Assembly: GCA_964473825.1 (NCBI GenBank)
Contig: CAYYQL010000003.1
Span: forward strand, 42,627-106,626
DNA length: 64,000 nt
Origin: an uncultured archaeon
GTDB lineage: Archaea; Asgardarchaeota; Thorarchaeia; Thorarchaeales; Thorarchaeaceae
Direction: 5' to 3'
Every line of letters starts with the position of its first letter. Positions within the stretch are counted from its first letter, which is position 1. Under the pieces are notes generated by a model that saw only the letters and a program-made list of their open reading frames with translations, was not told the DNA's origin and searched no databases. This document shows positions 39,482 through 49,396 of the stretch, piece after piece. The position numbers were made by a program, and so were the translations under genes.

Positions 39482-40292
39482 AGGCGTTCATTATATCTAC
39501 GACGGCCTCTATCCCGCTTTGAATGGTGTTTCTCTTCAGATCGATGAAGGTGAATTGGTTGCCATAATGGGTTCAAACGGGGCTGGCAAGACAACACTCC
39601 TCAAGCATCTCAATGGACTGCTCCGTCCACAGAAGGGACATGTCTTCTTGGATGGTGAAGAAACGAGCAAGTATTCAGTGGCGCAACTCTCCCGCCAGAT
39701 AGGACTGGTGTGGCAGAACCCAGACCATCAGCTGTTTCTGGACTCGGTTCAGAAAGAGATAGTATTCGGACTCGAGAATCTCGGATATGATGACAATGAG
39801 ATTGTTCGGAGAAGCACTCGTACACTCGAGCAACTAGGGCTCTCACACCTGTCAGAACGTTCTCCCTTCTCGCTCTCAGGAGGGGAGAGAAAGAGGGTCG
39901 CTCTTGCATCCGTGCTAGCAATCGAGCCGCGTATATTGGCTCTCGATGAGCCCACTATTGGCCAAGACGCAAGACAAAAAGAACGACTGGCCGAGATACT
40001 CATCAAGCTGAAGGACGAAGGACGTACAATCATTGTTGTGACCCACGATATCGAGTTTGTGACTGAGCACTTCCCGCGCACGGTTGCCATGAGCGATGGT
40101 AGAATAGTGGCTGATGGGAATACCGCGTCGGTACTTAGCAATCGAGATATCATTGACAGATGCTCTCTGACTGTTCCCCAGATGACCGTAGTGGCTCAAG
40201 GCCTCCACGAGTTCTTTCCGGAGGTTTCGCTAAGGTTGGCTCATGTGAATGACATCGTTTCAGAGCTTCTCAGATTGGCAGGAGGGAACTAG
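39468..40292 (+). CDS. ecfA: ECF transporter ATPase A2
   Basis: GSNGAGKT, QNPDHQLF, LSGGERKR, DEPT. Confidence 0.92.
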   Translation: MIQLEGVHYIYDGLYPALNGVSLQIDEGELVAIMGSNGAGKTTLLKHLNGLLRPQKGHVFLDGEETSKYSVAQLSRQIGLVWQNPDHQLFLDSVQKEIVFGLENLGYDDNEIVRRSTRTLEQLGLSHLSERSPFSLSGGERKRVALASVLAIEPRILALDEPTIGQDARQKERLAEILIKLKDEGRTIIVVTHDIEFVTEHFPRTVAMSDGRIVADGNTASVLSNRDIIDRCSLTVPQMTVVAQGLHEFFPEVSLRLAHVNDIVSELLRLAGGN

Positions 40293-41063
40293 ATGTCTTT
40301 TCTTGAGGTGTTCCAATATACCCGACAGGACTCGGTTATTCATAGGCTTGATCCGCGATCGAAATTGGTGCTATCCACTGTTCTGGCCATGGCATCTCTT
40401 CTCTTCGTGAATATCCTTCCCTTGGTGATTCTCTTACTGGTTCTCATCCCTCTACTCGCCCTAGCCCGATCTCTACAACGCTGGATGAAGAGCATGAGAG
40501 GGCTCTCTGTCCTGATTCTCTTCATTGTCATCTTCAATACGTTGCTCTCCACGGTGGCAAACCCTTTCTCCTATTCGATTGCGCTCTCACTGCGTCTGAT
40601 TGCCCTGATGAGCTCCTTCTCTTTGTTCTTTTTAACAGTCCATCCGGATGAGTTGTCTCAGGCCCTCATTCAGATGCATGTGAAGTTCGAGTTTGCCTTC
40701 GCCATGAGTATGGCAATGCGCTATGTTCCCACTCTTGGGCAGGAGGCCTATGCGATCATGGACGCACAGAAGGCCAGAGGAGTGGAGCTGGACCGTGGGA
40801 ACCTATTGAAGAGAATCCGCAACATAGTTCCCATCATAGTACCACTCATCATCGTATCAATTCGGAGGGCTTTGTCGATAGCCGAGAGTATGGAGTCTAG
40901 AGGATTTGGTGCATGCGAGAATCGTACCTATCTCGAGCAACTTGAGTTTACAACTAGGGACTGGGCACTGGTCATTGTGTCTATCATCTCACTCTGTTTC
41001 TTAGTCTATGTTAGACTCTACGTTCCTCTTCCCCCATGGATGTCTTGGGAACTACCACTGTAG
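40293..41063 (+). CDS. ecfT: ECF transporter transmembrane component T
   Basis: HRLDPRSK, RYVP, AQKARG, MESRGF. Confidence 0.93.
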   Translation: MSFLEVFQYTRQDSVIHRLDPRSKLVLSTVLAMASLLFVNILPLVILLLVLIPLLALARSLQRWMKSMRGLSVLILFIVIFNTLLSTVANPFSYSIALSLRLIALMSSFSLFFLTVHPDELSQALIQMHVKFEFAFAMSMAMRYVPTLGQEAYAIMDAQKARGVELDRGNLLKRIRNIVPIIVPLIIVSIRRALSIAESMESRGFGACENRTYLEQLEFTTRDWALVIVSIISLCFLVYVRLYVPLPPWMSWELPL

Positions 41064-41143
41064 TGGGGGTTTTGGTTAACCCGAAACACAAAACGGAGAA
41101 TCAATAACCTAGTTCTCTCATCAAGGTCTGTGGAGATGTTTCT

Positions 41144-42487
41144 TTGCTCCATGAAGAACGGATAGCACTACTGAATGATCTGCAACCTGCTGATGGTGAC
41201 TACGTCCTGTACTGGATGCAGGCGTCCCAACGGTGTGAGTTCAACCATGCCTTGGAGTATGCCGTTCGGCGTGCAAACAAACTAGGTATGGGGCTCCTAG
41301 TCTTCTTCGGGCTCACTGATGATTTCCCTGAAGCAAACGCCAGGCATTACCGTTTCATGTTAGAGGGACTTTCAGAGACCGCATCCAGACTGGAAGAACT
41401 TGGCATCCGTTTTGTAGTTCAGAAGTGCTCACCGCCTGATGGGGTTGTGGATCTCTCCCAAGAGGCATCCCTTGTTGTTACCGACGCAGATTATCTTCAG
41501 CTTCAGAGAAGGTGGCAATCGGATGTCTCCTCCAGAATAGACGTACCCGTCTACCAAGTCGAAAGCAATGTTGTCGTACCTGTCGAGGTGGCATCTCAGA
41601 AGGAGGAATATGCCGCCTACACCTTCAGACCACGGATATCGAAGCACTTGGACAAGTATCTTGCGCCCTTAGAGATGTCACGAGTTAAGAAGTCGGCTCC
41701 AAGTCTAGAAACCGATTCACTTCCAATCCACGATGTCACGCAGGTTTTTGATGAGCTTAATTTGGATGAGAGTGTAACCCCGGGCTGTCTTCGTGGTGGA
41801 GCAAAAGAAGCCGAGCGACTTCTGGGCACCTTTCTCCAGGAGAAGATTGACAGGTTCCCGGATTTACGCAACGATCCTTCCAAGGACTATCTATCGCACC
41901 TGAGCCCTTACCTTCACTTTGGACAGATATCTCCACTCCAGATAGCACTTGAGGCGAAGTCCACTGAAAGCCCTGGATCTGACGTCTTCATCGAGGAACT
42001 AGTCATAAGAAGAGAGCTCAGCATGAACTTCGTATACTACAATACTCACTATAATGAACTGCAAGGACTACCAGACTGGGCCTTGACCACACTGGAGGAA
42101 CACCGATATGATGATAGAGAGTATGTCTATACTCTAAAGGAGTTCGAAGAGGCAGAGACTCACGATATCTACTGGAATGCGGCTCAGTCGGAAATGATGA
42201 AGACGGGAAAAATGCATGGTTACATGCGCATGTATTGGGGTAAGAAGATCCTAGAATGGTCTGAAACCCCCGAGGATGCTCACAGTACCGCCCTGTATCT
42301 GAACAACAAGTACGAGATTGACGGGCGCGACCCGAATGGGTACACGGGTGTTGCCTGGTGCTTTGGCAAACACGATCGGGCTTGGCAGGAACGACCCATA
42401 TTCGGTAAAGTGCGGTACATGAATGCCCGGGGACTAGAACGAAAGTTCGACATTGAAGAGTATGCCGAAAGGGTGGACTCCCTCTAG
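41144..42487 (+). CDS. phr: Class II CPD DNA photolyase
   Basis: VLYWM, LSPYLHFGQIS, EELVIRREL, THD.YWNAAQ, GKMHGYMRMYWGKKILEW, DGRDPNGY. Confidence 0.95.
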   Translation: MLHEERIALLNDLQPADGDYVLYWMQASQRCEFNHALEYAVRRANKLGMGLLVFFGLTDDFPEANARHYRFMLEGLSETASRLEELGIRFVVQKCSPPDGVVDLSQEASLVVTDADYLQLQRRWQSDVSSRIDVPVYQVESNVVVPVEVASQKEEYAAYTFRPRISKHLDKYLAPLEMSRVKKSAPSLETDSLPIHDVTQVFDELNLDESVTPGCLRGGAKEAERLLGTFLQEKIDRFPDLRNDPSKDYLSHLSPYLHFGQISPLQIALEAKSTESPGSDVFIEELVIRRELSMNFVYYNTHYNELQGLPDWALTTLEEHRYDDREYVYTLKEFEEAETHDIYWNAAQSEMMKTGKMHGYMRMYWGKKILEWSETPEDAHSTALYLNNKYEIDGRDPNGYTGVAWCFGKHDRAWQERPIFGKVRYMNARGLERKFDIEEYAERVDSL

Positions 42488-42534
42488 CCTCTCCCAACAT
42501 GATTTATCTTAGATGAACGTGATATCTACGCACC

Positions 42535-43116
42535 ATGAATCTTGATGAGATCAGTCTTCCAGAACGAGAATCATACATGGTCATGGACATACTGTCAGAC
42601 CTCAAGCTCATAGAGGCGACGCCCACAGTCACCTATCAGGTGGCCTGTGATATCTTCTACTACGAACTGAGGTGTTGCCGTGATGAGCTGGGCGATGATG
42701 CAACAATCTCTCAGGATCTCCAGCACATCATCGACTTCATGCAGAATGACTACGAACATATGTTGGTGACGGCAAAGCTTCATGAGGCTAGACACAAGCC
42801 GAAGGCAGCCATTGAGAATCTAGAGAACGGACTCTCCGATGAGACAAAGAACTACCAGCTCATCCACTCCTCAGATCAGGTATGGCGTGCGCTTCAGTCT
42901 GCACAAGAAGCTCGGATGAGGGAGATTAAGCAATACAAGATGATGGAGAAGGGGATTCGGAAACAGATTGAGGAAGAGCCCAAGGACCCCGATCTTTACA
43001 ACCAGCTCAGACTTCTACTCTGGATTCAAGGCAGATACAGAGCTGCAAAGAACGCGTACGTGAAAGCAACAAAATGGGGCTGGACACCCGAAACAAGCAA
43101 GCTGGTGGCTCTCTAA
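42535..43116 (+). CDS. Helical hypothetical protein with C-terminal TPR-like repeat
   Basis: EPKDPDLYNQL...QGRY..A..AY.KA TPR pattern. Confidence 0.75.
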   Translation: MNLDEISLPERESYMVMDILSDLKLIEATPTVTYQVACDIFYYELRCCRDELGDDATISQDLQHIIDFMQNDYEHMLVTAKLHEARHKPKAAIENLENGLSDETKNYQLIHSSDQVWRALQSAQEARMREIKQYKMMEKGIRKQIEEEPKDPDLYNQLRLLLWIQGRYRAAKNAYVKATKWGWTPETSKLVAL

Positions 43117-43258
43117 CCACAAACTCAGATGCTCGGGGTCTTTGTGGACCCAATCGACTCTCTCACGTGATAGTAGGACAACATATCCTAAAACAATACC
43201 AAAAAGGAGTGCCTGCGAAAAACAGGACAAAAGCGCCCTAACAAGAGTACTATGACTC

Positions 43259-43633
43259 TCAGCCCATGTGTCTCTCGTTGCCAGGTATTGGTGGTACAGC
43301 GTATGTGAAGTACTGGAATTCGAGATCCCGACCCTCCGGGTCCTTGGCAAAGAACTGATAGATGCCATATTTTTGATTCTCTCGTGGTTCACATTCTGCA
43401 ATCTCACTCAGAGACTCATACACCCTGCGGACTTTTTCTCTGGATGAGTAGTAGAGGGTGATCATGATGTCCGTCTGTGCACTCTCCCGTTCGCAGAAAC
43501 CCACCAGGAGATTGTCGTAACTCAGTATCTTGCAGTCGCCCTGGTCTAACCACATCTTCATGCCTATCCTACTCTGGTAGAACTCAACAATCTCATCAAG
43601 TATCTCTGTACGAAGAAAGACTATTCCCGGCAT
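43259..43633 (-). CDS. VOC/glyoxalase family protein
   Basis: FY...IGM, YQFFAKDPEGR.LEF. Confidence 0.85.
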   Translation of the reverse strand: MPGIVFLRTEILDEIVEFYQSRIGMKMWLDQGDCKILSYDNLLVGFCERESAQTDIMITLYYSSREKVRRVYESLSEIAECEPRENQKYGIYQFFAKDPEGRDLEFQYFTYAVPPIPGNERHMG

Positions 43634-43726
43634 CGATATCTCCACATGAAAGTATGATACTCTCATTCACTTGAGAGGGGACTGATAATCTATTTGGAAA
43701 CACACGTATTCCGCTATTACACACGA

Positions 43727-44221
43727 TCAGGTTTTGGCACCATAATAGGTGTACATATCGACAGGCTTGCCCGATATCTTGAGATACATCCATAGCTGCA
43801 TTTTGTGCATGGCAAGATGACTGGTCATCTCCTGAAGACATTCTGGCCATGTCTTGGTCCCTTCTCTCTGATAGAATGGTTTCATCTTTGCTTCAAGAAA
43901 GTCCTTCTCGCTCATATCCTGAAAGAACGCTTTCGCGTACTCGAGCCCGCTGTCGAAATTTTCGACCATTTCACTCACCGAGCTCCCGGTGAGCTCTTTC
44001 TCCAGTGCTTGCGCATCTTCAACCGTTGCGACTTCTCCCGAATATATTGCGGTATCAATTCGGGGAATCTGAGCTAGGTGATTCGCCAGCTCCTTCAGAG
44101 CCCTCAGATTATCCGATGGGGTGTAGAAGAGGTTCGTGCCCTCTGCCTTTGATAGCACAAATCGAGTCTGCCTTGCTTCTTCCAAAAACCCATCAAGAAT
44201 GATATTTTTCGTGCTTGACAT
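43727..44221 (-). CDS. DinB family protein
   Basis: R...ELANHLA, H..MHK.QL..YL. Confidence 0.85.
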   Translation of the reverse strand: MSSTKNIILDGFLEEARQTRFVLSKAEGTNLFYTPSDNLRALKELANHLAQIPRIDTAIYSGEVATVEDAQALEKELTGSSVSEMVENFDSGLEYAKAFFQDMSEKDFLEAKMKPFYQREGTKTWPECLQEMTSHLAMHKMQLWMYLKISGKPVDMYTYYGAKT

Positions 44222-44343
44222 TGCATGATCTCCATTCGCCCTTTGACCGGAATCCACTGGTAGGCCTCTCTATTTCATCCTATTCATTTGAGCGACCCAT
44301 CGCAACCGTCTGTCCATGTGATGCAGTCAGGGAATCAAACATC

Positions 44344-44724
44344 TCAGAAGAATGACTGTCCTAGCCCATCAGATTCGAACTGCACATCATCTGCGGTCAA
44401 TTTCTTCTCTTTGATACACTACCTGCAGATGAACTCGAAATCATTGGTCATATTATGGCAGTAAGTGCAGATTGGCCTATCACAGAACTCACACTCAAAG
44501 AAATCTGCGTCCGCACTCTCGTAGCCACAGCTTTGACATCGCCCTCTGCGGGTATTGTCAAGGTCCGCCATATCTCTTAGCACTTTGTGTGCTGCGTTTC
44601 TTTCATCGTCTGTCATTGACCCGCCTGTTTGTGTATTGAACTCAGTGACCTTGGCATAGAACGCTCCAATTATCTCTTCTGAGATAACAATATTCCCCGT
44701 CCCTGTGTCTATTCTTTCAGTCAA
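44344..44724 (-). CDS. 8-Cys double zinc-finger protein (FYVE/RING-like) interrupted by in-frame TAG at 44419-44421: readthrough gene or recent pseudogene
   Basis: C-x2-C-x11-C-x2-C-x4-C-x2-C-x10-C-R-[TAG]-C, then IKEKKLTADDVQFESDGLGQSFF to TGA at 44344-44346. Confidence 0.75.
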
Positions 44725-44759
44725 ACAATCTTAAATCGACTTGATTCTTATAGGGCGCC

Positions 44760-45428
44760 ATGGATTTGGTTGTTTATTGGATACCGTTCTGGCTCTTTGC
44801 ACTTACATTCATTGCCATTCGTATAAAGGGCAAGAGCGGAACGCCGTTGGCGACAATAATCAAGGCTGCACCTGCGTTATTGGCTGCCGCATTCGTACTG
44901 CTCTCTGATTCTTCCAACCCGTTCCACCAGCTGCTATCAGTATCTCTAATCTTTTGTGCATTTGGGGACATCGGGATGGAGTACAATATCCTACAGGGAC
45001 TTGTCTTGTTTCTTATCGCGCATGTCTGCTACGTGGCAGCATTTCTACTTCAGAGCGCTATCTTGGGACCTACATTCCTGCCGCTGGTTGGATTCCTATT
45101 CGGCCTTGGTGCGCTGCTTGTCTACGTTGTTCTCTATCATCGTTACCTACAGACATCGGAGAGCCCAACGCCCCTTATTCATGCAGTTGATCTCTATGCT
45201 GTCGTCATCTCATTAACTGCCAGTTCTTCGTTGCTTCTATGGCTAACATCCAGCAGACTAATGGGAATCTTACCGTTTCTCGGTGCCTGTTTCTTCATCA
45301 TTTCAGACTCTTTGATTGGCATCAAGGAGTTCCATCATCATTTCAATCGCGAGGAGCTGCTGGTTTTAGGAACCTACTATCTTGCTATCTTCCTCCTCTC
45401 CCTCTCTGCATCAATCAAAGCGTTTTGA
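44760..45428 (+). CDS. YhhN/TMEM86 (lysoplasmalogenase) family membrane protein
   Basis: K..P, GD, FLIAH.CY, FIISDSLIG, TYYLA motifs. Confidence 0.88.
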   Translation: MDLVVYWIPFWLFALTFIAIRIKGKSGTPLATIIKAAPALLAAAFVLLSDSSNPFHQLLSVSLIFCAFGDIGMEYNILQGLVLFLIAHVCYVAAFLLQSAILGPTFLPLVGFLFGLGALLVYVVLYHRYLQTSESPTPLIHAVDLYAVVISLTASSSLLLWLTSSRLMGILPFLGACFFIISDSLIGIKEFHHHFNREELLVLGTYYLAIFLLSLSASIKAF

Positions 45429-45447
45429 GACCCACGAGGTGGGTTTC
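45427..45447 (+). terminator. Stem-loop at the yhhN-like stop codon
   Basis: GAGACCCAC-GAG-GTGGGTTTC 9-bp stem with one G-U. Confidence 0.4.
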
Positions 45448-45570
45448 TGTAGGGAATACACGGTATCCATGACTAATGAGTATCGCCCTCCTAGGTGACA
45501 TCTCCGACCTTTGTGGAGAATGGGCTACAATTGAGTCATAATTCGGGAATGGAGGATGCCTTTTTAATGG

Positions 45571-46305
45571 GTGTTTGAAATGTCATACCGGGTGGATTCG
45601 TTGACACGATGGGCTGGAGTTTTGGAAAGACATAGGTATCTCCTCTCGTCTCTTCGACTGAGTGGGCTGGTCTTGTTTGTGGTGTGTTCCCTCTGCACTT
45701 GGATACCCCTGGTTGGCACTATCGTATGGACCGAGGAGATCAATGGAACGCCTCGGTTCATCTACTCCACATACCTCGACTATGGTTGGGCGGTCTTCTT
45801 TACTGGGCTCACTTCGCTGGCTTTCCTGCTACTGTTTCTTGGCTCGACTGGTGCCTGCATATCGGAATCCAAGCTGGAGGGCTTCCTACCTATTCTCTCT
45901 CTCGCGGGTTTCACAACCGGAGTTACGAATCTCCTATCACTTCGGTATGACTGGGGTCGACCAGACAGCAAGTTCTCGCTCGAGTATCTGGTCACATACG
46001 AGCTCCTCTGGCTCCTTACAACCATCCTTGTGGCCCTCTGGTTGACTGCCTTCGGGCTGGTCGTCTGGAGGAACTTGTCTTCGCATCTCGTCTACAAGAT
46101 TCTCAGCGTGATCATTGTCGCAGGCGTACTCCTCTCCCTGCTTGGGTTCGTCCAGTCTGTAGTTCAAGGAACAGGAGGGCAGAGTTTCGGTCTTGGTCTG
46201 ATGTATCCTATCTCTTTCTTGAGAGATTTCCTGATTGTTACACTGGCTACAGGCGCAATTTGCGAACTACTCAATCTTGTGAATGAAGTCCGGTTGAGTC
46301 GATAG
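45571..46305 (+). CDS. Hypothetical polytopic membrane protein
   Basis: About six hydrophobic segments. Confidence 0.65.
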   Translation: MFEMSYRVDSLTRWAGVLERHRYLLSSLRLSGLVLFVVCSLCTWIPLVGTIVWTEEINGTPRFIYSTYLDYGWAVFFTGLTSLAFLLLFLGSTGACISESKLEGFLPILSLAGFTTGVTNLLSLRYDWGRPDSKFSLEYLVTYELLWLLTTILVALWLTAFGLVVWRNLSSHLVYKILSVIIVAGVLLSLLGFVQSVVQGTGGQSFGLGLMYPISFLRDFLIVTLATGAICELLNLVNEVRLSR

Positions 46306-46359
46306 ATGAACCGGATCGAATAGATTGCTCTGCCGACCAGAGCAGTGTCTAATTTCTTT

Positions 46360-47715
46360 TCAGACCGAGAACTCTAAACCCTCTACCTTAAAGTATGGAA
46401 GCCGTATTGTGCTCTCTTGTGGTCCCATAAAGCTGCTTGTACTCATGATTCTCCTTTCTTTCGACATCATTGAAACATTCTTCAACATATCAAAGAACCT
46501 ACCAGTGACCTGAATCTCTTTGAGAGTATTCGTTATTGCTCCATTCTCTATTAGCTGACCTCCCTTGATGGGACCAGCAAATACACCTGAAACGGGATCT
46601 GGGAACGCACTTACACGGGGAATCAATATTCCCTTCTTGACATCAGCAATCATCTCTTCTAGGCTTGCATCGCCTGCTGAAACATCAATATTCGTTACCC
46701 CAATATGAGGGGCCTGTCGATATGAGCCAGAGGCATGGCCCGTTGAATCCAAGTTCTCCCTGTTAGCAGAAAATGCATCAAACAAAGCGCCCTTGAATAC
46801 GCCGCTTTCTACTATACTATGTCGCTGATGTGGGACTCCTTCTCTATCAAAAGGACTACTACCAGCCCTTGTTGGAAGAGTTCCGTCATCCACAACCGTG
46901 ATATCATCAACAGCTACTTGTTCCCCCAATCGGTCCGCCAGGAAACTAGAACCACTCTGTATCTGATTTGCACTTGCTGAGCGTTGGAGCACTACAAGCA
47001 GGTCTGACATGGCTTCAGGTGTTAGAATTGCAGGTCCAGAGAATCGTTTTCCCTTCTTTGCCCCGAGATTCTGCAGTACTCTTTCTGAAAAAAGATCTGT
47101 TGTGCCTTCAATGTCCGCATCAGAGAGATTGGTGACTGAGTAGTACATATAGTTGAAAGAACCTACATTATCATCGTCAACGGCCATCCCAAAAAGGAGC
47201 CATTGAAGAAGTGTCTTCTTGTATTCTGCTTCAATTCCTCTTGATGAAGCAATAGCCCTATCGGTTGATTTGGCAGTCAAGAAACTCATAGAACCGATGG
47301 TAACTCTCTCGTCAAAGCCCTTGGCAGTATCTATGATCCTATTTCCAATGTTAAGAATATCCTCTGTTGAAAGTGTATCGATTTCCTTATCACAAAGAGT
47401 GGGCATAGAGTTGATGGGCTTCGGTTCCGGGAGTAAGTAGTAATCAGCAGATGGCGTTGACTTTGCAATGGATAATGCATCCAGAAGCCCCTTCTCCACT
47501 CTCTTGGTATCGAAAGAATTTACGCTTACGAATCCCAGAGACTTGTCTTTGAGAATACGGATTCCAACTCCCTGCAGGACACTACCCACCACGCTCTTTA
47601 AAGCACTATTTTCGAGGTTGACAGTATGAGATCGAGCTTGTTCTGCAAATACCTCAACCTCGTCAGCGCCAAGTGTCAGAGCCCTCTTGACGAAGGGTCT
47701 GATGAAATCAACCAA
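46360..47715 (-). CDS. pmbA: PmbA/TldE family protein
   Basis: GADEVEVF, FDREGVP, STGHA, no HExxxH; downstream of tldD; start TTG 47715 chosen to avoid overlap. Confidence 0.9.
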   Translation of the reverse strand: MVDFIRPFVKRALTLGADEVEVFAEQARSHTVNLENSALKSVVGSVLQGVGIRILKDKSLGFVSVNSFDTKRVEKGLLDALSIAKSTPSADYYLLPEPKPINSMPTLCDKEIDTLSTEDILNIGNRIIDTAKGFDERVTIGSMSFLTAKSTDRAIASSRGIEAEYKKTLLQWLLFGMAVDDDNVGSFNYMYYSVTNLSDADIEGTTDLFSERVLQNLGAKKGKRFSGPAILTPEAMSDLLVVLQRSASANQIQSGSSFLADRLGEQVAVDDITVVDDGTLPTRAGSSPFDREGVPHQRHSIVESGVFKGALFDAFSANRENLDSTGHASGSYRQAPHIGVTNIDVSAGDASLEEMIADVKKGILIPRVSAFPDPVSGVFAGPIKGGQLIENGAITNTLKEIQVTGRFFDMLKNVSMMSKERRIMSTSSFMGPQESTIRLPYFKVEGLEFSV

Positions 47716-47728
47716 TCTCTCCCCTATT

Positions 47729-49108
47729 CTAGCCACCTCCACCTGAAACAAGGGTTCTAGCACGGGTCGTGCCTCCTCCACCATCTACTTTCGCGAGCTG
47801 CCCCTTCCCGCAGTGCCCACAGCCCATTCCGAGCTTCCAGTCTTTGCCAATTGCGTCAATTGACATGAGAACATCAAATGCATTACCAGTTAAGGCAAGG
47901 CTTCTCACCGGACTACCAATCTCGCCGTCCACAATCTCATAGGCTTGGGACATCTCAAACATAAATTCTGCACTGCTGTCTGCCTGTCCTCCCCCAGGCT
48001 CTACGCAAAGATATCCGAAATCGATTCCCTCAAGTATCTCTTCGTACGAGAAATCGCCGGCCTCAAGGTAGGTATTCCTCATTCTGATAAGGGGTTCGAC
48101 ATTGTATTCAAATGCCCGCTCATTTCCGGTTGGTTCGACTCCGAAGTGATGTGCAGAGTGACGACTGTGGAGGTATGACTTCATAACGCCCTTCTCAATA
48201 ATGACCGTACTCTCAGATTGCACACCGGCGTCATCAACAGCTAACCATCCTGCTGCAGCCATCTGATTTCCTGAATCAACCAGTGTCACCATTTCACTCG
48301 CAATTCTTTTCCCAATCTTCCCCTTTGCAGCACTACCAGCCATAACGAAGTCGCTCTCAACAGTGTGTCCAATGGCTTCATGACAAATGATGCCCACAAC
48401 CGAGGGATGCATCACAACAGTCTGCTCTCCTCCTTTGGGGAAAGGTGCTTTCAGCAGTTTGATAGCGTAATCAGCAGCCTGCTTTGCCATCTCAGTTGGA
48501 GACCTATCAAAAATCTCCCATCCCCCCGTTATCCCGTGAGCAGAATATGCTGGGACAATAGTACCTCCTTCTGACGCCACTGCTCTAAGAATGAAATCCG
48601 GTCTACTATCTAATATCTCGACATCAGTGCCATCCGAGTTCATGATTATTCGATGGTTTTGAGGCACTCTTAGCGATGTGAAGGAGCCACTAATCCTATT
48701 ATCGTAGTCGTTGACAGTTTTGTCCGCTTCTTTGAAGAGCTCTACCATTTCTTCAATTGAATGATTCTCAAACGGATCCTTTCCAAGGTTCGAGTAGGTA
48801 CCCTCTACAGGTTCAATTGGTGCAAGCTCTACTTTCTCTTTCTTGCTCTTTGAAACAGCTGTGGCTGCTGATATGGCATTGTCGAGTGTTTCGTCTACTG
48901 ACTTGAGATCAAGGATGCTCGTGCTTGCATAGCCCCAAGCGCCGTTTACTAGTACACGAATACCTATCCCTGCAAAGTCATCTACAGTAGCCGTCTTCAG
49001 TTCTCCTTTCTCAATTAGAATTTGCGTGTTCATCCGTGAATGATATCGCGCTTCGACATGAACTCCACTAGGGGCATTGTCAAGGCTTCGGCGCACAAGT
49101 TCCTTCAT
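47729..49108 (-). CDS. tldD: TldD family metalloprotease
   Basis: HEAIGH..E.D, TGNER, RMRNT, CGK.Q. Confidence 0.93.
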   Translation of the reverse strand: MKELVRRSLDNAPSGVHVEARYHSRMNTQILIEKGELKTATVDDFAGIGIRVLVNGAWGYASTSILDLKSVDETLDNAISAATAVSKSKKEKVELAPIEPVEGTYSNLGKDPFENHSIEEMVELFKEADKTVNDYDNRISGSFTSLRVPQNHRIIMNSDGTDVEILDSRPDFILRAVASEGGTIVPAYSAHGITGGWEIFDRSPTEMAKQAADYAIKLLKAPFPKGGEQTVVMHPSVVGIICHEAIGHTVESDFVMAGSAAKGKIGKRIASEMVTLVDSGNQMAAAGWLAVDDAGVQSESTVIIEKGVMKSYLHSRHSAHHFGVEPTGNERAFEYNVEPLIRMRNTYLEAGDFSYEEILEGIDFGYLCVEPGGGQADSSAEFMFEMSQAYEIVDGEIGSPVRSLALTGNAFDVLMSIDAIGKDWKLGMGCGHCGKGQLAKVDGGGGTTRARTLVSGGGG

Positions 49109-49396
49109 CCCTCAGTCTCCTGTCCGAGAATACTGACCAATACTAATGTGGAACTCCTTAATAAGCAGTTATGGTGGCCCTATCCATCGCCTTATCAGTT
49201 GACTTCTTATCCTCTCGATCACCCAGAGGATTAGGGGAATGCCTACCCCCTCCGGGATTCACACTGGTGAAGCCTCCTGCTGATTCATTGTCAGACTTAC
49301 CTCGCGTCGATGGCGACTTTGTGTGGGACTTCTGCAGTCGTCCCATTCCTTTATGAACAGGTAATTCCATAGCTCTCTGCAGAAGAGAGTGATTCT

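Noticed and set aside
46360-49108. TldD/PmbA as part of a RiPP cluster with the micropeptides or the radical SAM gene
   Set aside because: Over 30 kb apart, no adjacent precursor or modifying enzymes; the pair is widespread housekeeping
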